From contig OZ037772.1 of assembly GCA_964035545.1 (NCBI GenBank), positions 1-64,000 on the forward strand: a DNA stretch of 64,000 nt. Reading direction: 5' to 3'. A model generated the notes under the pieces. It had not been told where the DNA came from, did not search any database, and worked only from the letters and a program-made list of their open reading frames with translations. This document shows positions 29,915 to 41,600 of the stretch, piece by piece (positions within the stretch are counted from its first letter, which is position 1; each line of letters begins with the position of its first letter). Made by a program: the position numbers and the translations under genes. This DNA comes from Bugula neritina (taxonomy: Eukaryota > Animalia > Bryozoa).

Positions 29915-30877
29915 ATGGGAAACTATAGTTCAGCATACGAGGAGATCCTGCCATGTGATAACGAGACAGTTCTCTGCTATCAGCCATTCAATGAGATTTA
30001 CGTCGGAATCAACTGCCTCTCCATACTTCTGAACATTCTCCATCTGCTCATACTGTATGATATGAAGGAGCTGAAGACTACCAAATACTTCTGGGTTCTG
30101 ATAAACATCAGTTTTACTGACATTACCACCAACATTATCCTCGTAGTATACTTAAACTGTGACATTAGACATTTAATTCTTCAACTTCCTGTCACTGCCT
30201 CTTACTGGACGTTTAAAGCAATAGGAAACTTGACTGGATATGCTATTATGTTGAGATTTAATGTGTTTCTGGTTGCCAGTGTTGAGAAGTACGTAGGTGT
30301 ATGTAGACCATACAGCTACAGTACACATGTGCTCATAGTCAACCTGAAGAGTTTCACTGTATTTCTATATGTTCTAGCTTTCTTGTTGAAAGCAATTGGC
30401 AGCTTGGTTATAGCACATCCACTGTGTCAGGCTTCACTAAAGGTTCAGATAGCTGAGAAGACTCTGACAGGCTCCTTAGTAGGTAGTCTGTATGTAGTGA
30501 CAGTCCTCACTCTCTCCATACTAATCACAGTGTTGTTGGTGAAAGTGTGGAGAAAACTTAGAGAAATGGTAAGCAGCAATGCTGCCAATAACAGGGTCCT
30601 TATGGCAGCAAGCAAATACATCATTTTGATATACGTCATCTATCAGTCCTCGCTCATCTCTACAGTCATGTTTGTAATCTGTACAATACTGAAGGTCTCT
30701 CCTCTAATAACAGACACAGTAGAAGCTGTTGGTGCTGTGCTAACCTCACTTTATAGTATTGTCAATATCCCTCTGTTTGCTTTCTTTCACCCTAAATATC
30801 TCAGTGTAGTTCGAAGTCATTTGAAACTGAAAAGATTCAACAAAGTCTCCCCAATGAATGGTGGACAGAGAGCTTGA
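29915..30877 (+). CDS. Single-exon rhodopsin-like 7TM GPCR (orphan, chemoreceptor-like)
   Basis: 320 aa with seven hydrophobic segments; TM1 N, TM2 N-I-S-x-x-D, TM3 SVEKYVGVCRP (DRY-like), TM7 NIPLFAFFHPKY. Confidence 0.85.
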   Translation: MGNYSSAYEEILPCDNETVLCYQPFNEIYVGINCLSILLNILHLLILYDMKELKTTKYFWVLINISFTDITTNIILVVYLNCDIRHLILQLPVTASYWTFKAIGNLTGYAIMLRFNVFLVASVEKYVGVCRPYSYSTHVLIVNLKSFTVFLYVLAFLLKAIGSLVIAHPLCQASLKVQIAEKTLTGSLVGSLYVVTVLTLSILITVLLVKVWRKLREMVSSNAANNRVLMAASKYIILIYVIYQSSLISTVMFVICTILKVSPLITDTVEAVGAVLTSLYSIVNIPLFAFFHPKYLSVVRSHLKLKRFNKVSPMNGGQRA

Positions 30878-31740
30878 CTAGAGAGTTGGTAGCTGATATC
30901 CAGTCTCTGTTACTACTAAAGAGAGCTATTCTATTATAGTGTACTTCATTGATACCCTTGTTGAATGTGAACTTTGGTAAACTCTCTTTGAAAGCTGGCA
31001 CTGGAATGTTTGCTAGTTTATTCTGTTAAAATGCACAAAGTACCAGATGGTTCTAGTATTAATCTTGTTAGATATATCTCATTTCAGATATTTAAAATAG
31101 AACATTGAATGCAAGTATACTAAAATATACATGTATGGGTATTTTGCTAGATAAAACTAAAGACATCACTTGGAAAGTACTCAACATACTCAGATCTGCA
31201 AAAAAGACCGACTTGAAATAGGCCATCAAAACCGTTAGTTTTTCCTGAATGACAATCCCATATAGCATTTTGCACGATGAATGAATGTAACAGAGTATCA
31301 GTTGCTTTGTGAGCTTCTAATGCATATTATGAATTCCACTTCCAAATTACTAGACCTTAATATACACTTGCATTTTTAGAACTTGCATAGAGAACAAAGA
31401 CAGTCATCAGTTCAGCTTCCCTTTTATTATTTTTGATGTAGAGAAATGAAAATGCAACTGCCATTTTGGAATAAATAAAAACAATAAAAAGCAATAATGA
31501 TTGTACAGCATATAGGAAAAAGATCACAATATTATATTTAAATCAATAGAGATCAGGCTATATTTGTTTGACCAACTTAAGTTTTGAAAGAAATAAATTT
31601 AACAAGAAGCTGGTGGCAAAAGAGAATATCAAAAATACTGTAGAGATTCTGTCACAGAATAGGTTGCATTTAAGTGGAGCTGGCAGCTTGTGTACCAACC
31701 TCCCTACACTAGAGTAGTTAGGGCCGTGTACCAGCCCCTC

Positions 31741-34700
31741 TTACAGTAGTGAACTGCATCCCAGCTCCAAATAGTTCTCATAGCCTTCCAGCTTGCACAC
31801 TGAATCCTCCACAGAAAACTTGTATTTGTGGTAAGTTCCATCCAAGCAGACAGCAAAGATTCTGTGCCTGAAATAAAATATACCAAGGCTTTACCCTGCA
31901 CAGCTGCACTATAATCACTAATATATCTGCACTGTACTCACAAATATACCTGTGCTGCACTCACAAATATACCTGCACTGTTCTCACAAATATACCTGCA
32001 CTGTTCTCACAAGTATACCTGCACTGCACTCACAAATATACCTGCACTGCACTCACAAAGATGTCCACACCATTTAACCACAAATATACCCAGGTTATAC
32101 CACTAAATATATCAACAAATATGCCTACACAATGATGACATTGCTAATAATATTACATGATTGATTGAAATCATTAGAATACTATCATGTTGACTTTGTC
32201 ACAGCTATGGTCTATCTAACTTAGTTATTCAAATAGCAAGTTCGTATGAAGCAACTAAAAATAAAAAAAAATAAAAGTTTTATCTTAGAATTAATTGAGA
32301 GATGAAGATGAATGAATTAAGAGTTACCCAACTGACGTAGATAGAAAGAAGCTGACTATTAAAGTGTGTAGCTGGTCGATATTACATCAGTACACAGAAG
32401 ACTGTTAGTAGGGGAGGCAAATCCAAAGAATTTCTTTGCGCACTCATTTAACTGAATATGGTTCCCTTTCAAAAACCCAGTAGTAGGTAAAGGATTCTAC
32501 TAGAAATGAGCATGTCCCTAGGTTGCCTAGACACTCTACGTCTCCAACTACTACTAGCACAGATAAATAGAAGATAATGCTAGAAATTAAGCCAACCTGT
32601 GGAATGGATGGAAGGTGCAGACACAGGGTTGCTCTGCTGGAACTGTGAACTTCATGGTGGACCACTCAGAGCTGCTGTATGCTCCCACAACACCTGGCAG
32701 GTAAGAGGTCTGGTTGAGACTTCTGTCCTTCAGACCAAAGATATGCACAGTCCCCTGAAACAAGAGTGAAAGGCAATCTGCTTTAGCAAGCATACTAAGT
32801 AATAGTAGGCTGTGAAATACCAGGATACATTAACAACAAGTTATTAACAACATTAACAACATTAACAACAGTCAAAATAAATTTCATAATCTATAATGTC
32901 AAGTTATAACTTGACATCATAGATTATGAAATTTATTTTGACTGTTTGCTTTCTACTGTCTTAGAGTTAGTTGACAAGTATTTTCATCAGTTGCAAGTTG
33001 CTAGAGCTTTACTGGCCATCAGTTATTAGTTGCTGATTACTAGTACTAGTTGCTGATTACTAGTACTAGTTGCCAGTTGGTAGTACTAGTTGCCATTTGC
33101 CAGTTAGCCTAGGGCCACACGGTGCGTATTTTCGCATGCGAAAATTGAAATCACAAGTAGCAAAGGTGTCTACTGTGCGCGTTGAGAAAACGTTCGCACT
33201 TGCGTTGAAAATGCTGAGCGACAAGTGCGAATCGTCTCTGTCATCGTCACCTAATTGGCTGGTAGCTATTCAGCGAGCCCAATTTTTTTAATTTAGTGCT
33301 ACATTTCAGCAAATTGCGTATTTGAGTGCGATTTAAAAATGAAAGCTTTATTTATCACGCATCACTGACGCTACAGTGGACACCTTTGCTACTTGTGATT
33401 TCAATTTTCGCATGCGAAAATACGCACCGTGTGGCCCTAGGCTTACTAGTACTAGTTGCCAGTTGGTAGTACTAGCCGTCAGTTACTAGTACTAGTTGCC
33501 AGTCGTTGACTGGGAGGGAACACTTCATGCTATGAAGTGTCAAATGTATAGCACCAAGTAATGTAAGTGGTATGAGGACACATAACTATACACCTATTTG
33601 TAGAATTATGATCAATAATACCTCATTGTGAGCATACGAGAATAAAATATGCGAAGATTTTTGAGCCTTTGGCATATACTATATGGAGTCTTGTATAAAG
33701 ATAATATTATTTTGTTGCGTGTAATAACTAAGTGGTTTCTACCAATATGTATGCATATACATTTACCATCATAATATAATGACTATAATATAATATAATG
33801 ACTATATAATATAATATAATGACTATATAATATAATATAATGACTATATAATAGATGTTTTGTTACCTTATCGCTGACAGTGGAGAGATATCTGCTGTCG
33901 ATACTGAAGCTAATGGCATAGATGCTGGCGGAGTTGTTCCCTCGTCTGAGTTCCGCCAGTTTCTGTTTGGTGGTCACATTGAAGAGTCTTATGATGGTTC
34001 CTTTAAACATTCCGGATATAGTCATAGAGAAGTATAGATACTATATAACCATATACTACTAGATAATACATAGAAATATAGACAGGAAATAGATATATTA
34101 TACTCATATATATATATATATATATATATTACTAGATAGTACATAGATGTATATCACTGGACAGTATATAGACACTAGTAAGCCAACTAACCATGCTCTG
34201 AAGCTGTGGCTACCAACGAAGCGTCCTGACTCAAAGCTATGCAGAATATTTCGTGGATATGAGCTGTGATTGCGGCAGGAGGAGTCGTGTGACAGGTGTC
34301 ATTTTTGGAAAGATCAGTGATCTACAAAACATGTCTAGTCTAAATATACTCTATTGTATGTGTGCGTGTTGTATTATATTATAACTATATATTACAATAT
34401 ACTATTGCAAATATTTATTACAGATATTTATAATACGGTAGAGCATTAATACAAGATAGTGTTGCAAGTAAGAAAATGGGGCAGTCATATACTGTTATCA
34501 TATTATTACAAATATTATACAATCTATTCTAATTTATACATGTATATATTATCGTTTAAGATAATTATATTATATTCTAGATATATTATTGATTGTTTAC
34601 TTAAGGGAAGTAAAAGCTGATTAGCTTTGTGTAGATTGTGGATTTTACTTAGAGAAAGAAGTAATAGACATTCAGCAGAGTTTGAGCCCTTTGCAGCACC

Positions 34701-36534
34701 AACTCTACACTATCAAAAGTTAGACCACAGAGAGATATAGAGTATAGAAAGAGTTAGACCACAGAGAGATATAGAGTATAGAAAGAGTTGACCATAGAGA
34801 GATATAGAGTATAGAAAGAGTTAGACCACAGAGAAATATAGAGTATAGAACTAGTTAGACCACAGAGAGGTATAAAGTATAGAAAGAGTTAGACCATAGA
34901 GAGATATAGAGTATAGAAAGAGTTAGACCATAGAGAAATATAGAGTATAGAAAGAGTTAGACCATAGAGAGATATAGAATATAGAAAGAGTTAGACCACA
35001 GAGAAATATAGAGTATAGAAAGAGTTAGACCATAGAGAGAAATTATATAGAGTATAGAAAGAGTTAGACCATAGAGAGATATAAAGTATAGAAAGAGTTA
35101 GACCATAGAGAGGTATAGAGTATAGAAAGATGTGGATTGTAGAAATAGATTTAATGGTATTCTAGAAATAGATGCACTAAAAGCAGATGAACTACATAAA
35201 GAGCTGTAGATTATCATAGAGTATAGAACTTATCATGAACCAATTAGAGAGAGTTATAGGGAGCATTTCTCACCTGTATACTACCAAGTTTACCAGTGCC
35301 CAGGTAAGCTAGTTTCTCCACTAGAGGCCCTGGGTTGACTGCTATGACACCATTCTTGTTCATTCTGGTGTCAAGGGTGGTGAGCTCTTTAAGTTCAGGA
35401 TCGTACAAGAAGACATATATTTTGGAATGGCACGCTATGATCAGCTTGTTGTCTAGGAATCTATAATTATAACACTATGTCAGTCAAACTTGGAGTAAAC
35501 TATCTACTACTTAGTTCAGCAGATTATTCTAGTTTACTTTTTTATTTAATTAAATTTTGTTGTTTGCTGCTTAGTTTAAACAATCAAATGGTAGTATTTG
35601 GTCTCATTACAACTGATCTTGCTCCTCAATGAATTCAACTGATCTATATCATATACACCAATACAATTATTGCAGTAACTTAATAGAAGACAACTCTAAA
35701 AGTATGAATTACTTTATGTTTGCGACTGGGCCTGCAGTTTTGAAGTTAATTCTCCTTCTTTCTGTTTTAGTTTTGCAGTCGAATATTACCACAGTGCACT
35801 GACAGCCAAACGATGATCCTGCTAGGGCTACAAGGTTTGACCTTCTTAGCATCTCAGCTATTCTAATTTCTCCAATACCTGCCAAGACATGTTATTCTAT
35901 AAATAACTCTTTTCAATACAAGATATTATATGAATAACTCTTTTCAATACGAAATTTGTTAATCTATAAATAACTCTAACTCTAACAAACAAGTGACTTC
36001 AACCAATGAGAAGACAACTCAGCATGCTCTATTAAACATGACAGCAAGATTTACCAACACTTTAGTTTATGGAATTCATGTAAGAAACACACTTTCAGAA
36101 AAACTACACAAAGAACTTTAAAATTTTCTTGGTTCAATAAAATATTATCTTGGAAATAAATTAAATGCTGTTTTCTACATCACTATTGTAGTCTTTGGTA
36201 ATATCGAATATTTTAAAGATTCGAGGAAATATTCGGCAGATAAAATGAGCAAAGAATAAAACACATCGTAGCGACAATCTCGAATGTTTATTGGCTCACA
36301 TCACTGGAGGGCTGAGATACCTCTATCAAACCTAAACTCTATTTTCTCAACTCTCAACATGCTACATTTAATATCTGAATGAGCTGATGAATAGTATCTC
36401 TTACCAATGTCTTTAGCTGGTATAAATAGTCCTTGCTCTAACCTATCTACATGGAACACTCGGAATCCTTCACTGCCGCAAGTTGTGAACATGGTTGACT
36501 CTCGGTTGAATCGGACATGTTTAACTTGCCTCAT
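31741..36534 (-). CDS. WDR45: WD repeat phosphoinositide-interacting protein 4 (WIPI4, ATG18 family PROPPIN)
   Basis: Phase-compatible exons 36405-36534, 35713-35878, 35274-35460, 34192-34321, 33867-34000, 32597-32754, 31741-31867. Motifs EMLRRSNLVAL, ATASEHGTIIRLF, ELRRG, SDKGTVHIFGLKD, FTVPAE, AVCLDGTYHKY recall WIPI4 more than WIPI3. Confidence 0.9.
32867..32946. repeat. 80-bp spacer-less palindrome in a WDR45 intron
   Basis: AACAGTCAAAATAAATTTCATAATCTAT...ATAGATTATGAAATTTATTTTGACTGTT, one mismatch. Confidence 0.9.
33107..33442. mobile_element. PIF/Harbinger-like MITE
   Basis: TTA TSD; ~65-bp near-perfect TIR starting GCCTAGGGCCACACGGTGCGTATTTTCGCATGCG. Confidence 0.88.
34718..35130. repeat. 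34-bp minisatellite in a WDR45 intron
   Basis: AGTTAGACCAYAGAGAGATATAGAGTATAGAAAG, about 12 copies. Confidence 0.92.
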
Positions 36535-38061
36535 GCTCTATGGAATATATAATATACAAATATAAGCTGTGTAATAGTATTATTAGTAATGTTTAAAGTG
36601 GCTCACTCATGAGGTTGGTGTTTGAGTATAGTGGATTTTACAATTTAATTATTAAATAATAATATTTATTAAATAAAAATATTCATAAAGGAAGTCATCT
36701 GCCTCTATAGATGATCATGATGAGACATGAGTGGATTGAAAATCTTTAGAAAGAACATGACTTCCTACTGCTATATTCCTAGATTTACTACGCTTGCCCT
36801 GAGTTTGAGGGTATATGAGGACACACCCAGTGTCAGAACAGCTGAGGCTATGTAATATTATCTTAATATTATAAATCGAAACTATTTGACTTGATCCTAA
36901 TAGTTTGTAGTGTAGCTAGTAGTAAAAGTTTTTATAGAAAAGGTACATTTTAATTAGTCAAAAAGCAAATATACCTAATTGATAATTAAAATAAAAGCTT
37001 CATTAGCTTTATGGGTTCAACTTCCAGCTCTACAAACTTTCTGAGGATCGAAGAAAACATCAGTTTATTATAACTTTATATACCACAATGACAGCCATGT
37101 GCTTCTGGGTAGCAACTTAGTTAATATATAAACAAAATGCTAAAATTTAAAAGTAGGAAATGTAATATTATTATATCAGTGGCACTAGCAGATATATTAA
37201 TATCGGCACATTGACTTTTATCTTAAAACCCAAAACTTTAGTCAGCCTTACCATTCTCAAGCAGGCTACTCAAACAATTATAGTGAGAATTCAGAGATCT
37301 CAGGCAATGAAACCAGAAAGAGGCTATGTACTCACCACAAATGTTGAGTTTTAGTTCTATACTAGCAATATTAGTGATGAAGTTGGAAGGCAAACTCTCT
37401 TGGAAGTTAAAAGTACACTAGCAACTGATGAGAGACTTTCACTGAGAATGTCACTGGTTATGTAACTTCACAAACACGTGTTATATAATCCTTTTATTCA
37501 CAGATGGCAGATGCAACAGCTATGTAATTTACTATTTATGGAAAGCTGAGTGCAAACAGCTTTTACTCCAAACAACAATAAGCTGGGCATTTCGTGCAAT
37601 GTTTACCTACTATTGGTGAAAAGCTATCAACAGTTCAAATGGTACCAACTTACGGCATAAATTAATGACTTGGTATTCAATAATGGAAGGGGTTTGGTTC
37701 TACTGTCAAACAAGAGAACTAAAAACCTTCCATTATCTCTAAATCCTCCACTAAGTTGCTACAAAGTCTCTTTACTATTGGAGTGGCTGAAGGCAGCTAA
37801 CTAACAGTTGGGTTAAAGAACTAATTGGCCTGTGTGCATACAGCTGGGGTGGCTAAAGGCATAAAGTTGGGATTCAACTCATACTGAGAAGACAACTACA
37901 AAAGTTACAACAAAAAATATTTTCCTGTCTCTAAAATATGGTGAGAGTGTAGGTTTATATGAAATAATATTCTACACTTTACAGATAATGGCATATGTCT
38001 ACTGTAGTATACCAATTCCTGTATTATAATCTACCCATAATATACTTCTGCACTGCATTAT

Positions 38062-38512
38062 TGTATTGGTATGCCACCCAGAAGTATTGGCAGGCAGCCA
38101 ATCATTAAAGCTTTCAAGCTTCAAAAGCTTTCACCAAAGCTACTATTAGCTGGCAGAGCTAGTTCATTCACTGTACTGCATGAGTCAGTGTATCATGATC
38201 AAACCGCCATATTTACACACTTTGTATGAACAAACTATCGGTTTCGGTATTGTGATGGCTAAGATTTTTATCCACGCATCAATATTGTAAGTTTATTAGA
38301 ATTACAATAGTTCATGTCAATTTTTTGGTTCTGTAATATTCATAGTGTTCCTCTGAATTTTGATTTATATTGTGACTACTTATTTATACAATTTCTAATG
38401 TTTCCCATTTTATAGGGTACGATTTGACAGTTAATAAACTCGAAAACCTGTTGCCAAGTTGGCTAGTAGTTAAAGCATATCTTGCAACCAAACACAAACA
38501 CAAACCGATACA
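38062..38512 (+). repeat. BEL 5' LTR containing a GT-AG intron (38287-38415)
   Basis: GTAAGT donor, CTAAT branch-like site at 38395, TTTCCCATTTTATAG acceptor, AATAAA at 38433. Confidence 0.95.
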
Positions 38513-38540
38513 GTACCAATATTGATGCGTGGATAAAAAT
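38513..38540 (+). promoter_or_regulatory. Non-tRNA primer-binding site complementary to the spliced LTR junction (putative self-primer site)
   Basis: GTACCAATATTGATGCGTGGATAAAAAT is the reverse complement of 38264-38286 joined to 38416-38420. Confidence 0.7.
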
Positions 38541-38635
38541 TAGCAATTAAGAAAGCCAATGGATTAGTTACTGATTGTACTGACAATACTCTTATCACTG
38601 AACATCTTAGGAAATGTGTAGCTCTTTCAGAAAGT

Positions 38636-41600
38636 TTGGCAGATACCATAGGTTTTTCTGATTTATTATTAGAACTAGACGAAGTTATTTTATCTTTAGA
38701 TTATTGTATGTCTAAGTTTACTCTTATGTCAAGGGCTCAGTCACAGAGCATGAATTTCGAACACCGTGAATCTGATCCGTCCGTGGTCCGGTCCGGTCTC
38801 GCGGAAAGCGGTATGAGTGGGGGTTCACCTCCAGACGGCGCGAGTCATGCACCGACTATGGTCGCGTCGAGTCGGTTGTTTCCTCCTAGATCACACCCTA
38901 GCACACATGAGGCTACTCTTGCACCAAATCCAGGTATCACAGCAAGTGGTAGTGATAGGCAGGTACTACGGGAAGATCACACATCGGGTGAAGCTTTGGC
39001 GTCAAATCCAGGTGTCATAGCAAGTACCAATGTCAGAGATGTTCGTTCTTCTACATTCTCAGTACGTGATCTACATGGTAGTCCTGATCGTGCAGCTCAT
39101 TCTGAATCTTTAATTCGCGGTGCAACTTCCTCGGTTGTCAATGCATATGATAGCTACCCTAATGGAACTAGTCAAATAAGTTATGACTCTAGACATACAG
39201 GTGGAAATAACTTCAATTCATCTATACATAAAACTCATTCACAACCCAAGCCATTTAACGGCACCAGATACCATTGGCCGGAATTTAGGTCAGTATGGCT
39301 AAGATATGCCACTATGTTTTACGATGATGTCGATAGGGCTTGTGAATTAAAAAAATTTCTCACAGGCGAAGCTCTGGAGATGGTTCAGCCAATCTTCGCA
39401 ACTCAGCCTCAAGCTTACGAGAGAATGATGTGTAGATTAGAAGAGGTCTACAATGATCCTAGCATGAGTGTGCAAGCAGTCTTCAACAATCTACAAGAAC
39501 TAAAGCCAGTAAAGGAAGGAGATGCACGAGAACTCGTCAAAATGGCCAATGCAGTGGAAAGCTCGTACAGCCAACTCGGTGAAGTGGGACTTTTGCAAAC
39601 TGTTACGCTGCCACAAGTCGATACTCTTGCAAACCTATTACCTACAAGCATTAGACGGGACTGGGATAGACACTTTCACTCACTTACTCACGAGGAGAGA
39701 ATCAAGCCATTCCCACACCTTATGAGGTTTCTAGAGCAGGAACGGCAGATAGCCCTCAGACGCATAGAAACCGTAAACCCGCAGTCCTCCAGTATGCATA
39801 AACAGAAGGTGAAAGCGTTCCACGCTGAAAGTAGTGGCCCAAAGTCTAGTAGTAACAGGTCTACTAATAATAGCAAAATCATTGATAGTGAGAATTACTG
39901 TTTTATTCATCGCAGTGAGCGCCATTGTCTTGTTGAGTGCAGAAATTTCTTGGCGTTGTCTGTAGATGAAAGATACAAGTTAATAAAAACTAATTCTCTA
40001 TGTGTTAGGTGCTTGGGTGCCCATGAGCCTAAGCGCTGTCCAAATTTCCGAACCCTTTGTTCAGTCTGTGATAAAACAACCCACCATGTATTATTGTGCA
40101 TCAAATCAGCTGAAACTAATACACATACCAATTGTAATACCAACAAGAATAAAGTAAAGGCTGATCAAATTAAGCACAAGAGTAACGAGAATTCTGAAGC
40201 GTCTGCTGTTAGCACCACGGTCCGTGTGTCTCCCAATCATGGAGCGCACAATCATCCAGGAAATGCTACAGTATTTGCCATTCAGCAGGCCCAAGTAGTG
40301 GGTACATCTCATACAGCTATTATATTCTTTGACGGCGGATCCAATGCTTCATTCATATCGGAGAGAGCCGCTAAAGCGTGGGGTGCGCGACAAATAGATA
40401 AGGTGAATTTAGAAATGAACACACTTGGTGAACATGAAGTTAGCGAAACTTCTACTATTTACGAAGTAAAGTTACAAACTCCAAAGGGAAAGACCTTTAC
40501 GATTTTAGCTTACAGTCTTCGGAAACTCACAGGGGCTATCAACAAGCCACTTGATGCAAACATCCTCGGATCTCTGTTCCCAAAAGTAGACACTAGCAAG
40601 CTATTGAAGAAGACGGGACCTATCGACCTGCTAATGGGTAACGATCTTCTTGGATTGCATCCAAGACACCAAGTTGATCAAGCAGGACCGCACCTCTATG
40701 TATATTCCGGACCCTTTGGACTGTGTGTGCAGGGATCACACCCTGCCCTTAGCAACATTTCTACACTTCCATCCTCATCTTTCCATGTACAGGCTACCAT
40801 GATGCATGCGAAGTTGGATGAGCGTCTCGAGCCTCATTGGGAATTTAATAAGAAAATTCATTCTTATCTCACCAAGACGAAAAGTAGTTCTCTTGAAAGA
40901 TTTATTCAGGGTGAGGAGTTGGGCATAGAAATTCAGCCACAATGTGGAGCTTGCCAATGTGGAAAATGTCCAGTAGTGGGACATACCTATTCATTCAAAG
41001 AGGAGCAAGAACTTCAGATGATACGTTCTAACCTAGAATATGATGAGAGCAACGAAAGGTGGATTACAGCCTATCCATGGATAAGGGATCCTTCTACTCT
41101 ACCAAATAACTACCAAGCCGCATTGTCCACTTTACGCAACACTGAACGAACTCTCCGAAAGGACCCTGAATGGAGCAAGAGATACAATAACCAGATCGAA
41201 GACATGGTGGATCGCGGAGTAGCTCATAAACTGGATGAGGAGGAGCTGAGAAGTTGGAATGGACCTATTTACTATCTCAGCCATTTAGCCGTTCAGAATC
41301 CCAAATCAACATCAACACCAGTGCGAATAGTGTTCAATTCCAGCCAAACATACAAAGGAACATCCTTGAATTCTTGTTTAGCCAAAGGTCCAGATTCCTA
41401 TCTCAATGATTTGTTAGGCATTTTGCTTCGCTGGCGAGAGGAACCTGTAGCACTAGTAGCTGACATTAAGAAGATGTACAATTCCATATTTATAAGGGAG
41501 ATTGAGCAACACACTCATCGTTTCTTGTGGCGGAATATGGAAGACAGAAAGCCAGATGTCTATACTATTCTGAGGGTCAATATGGGGGATCGACCTGCTG

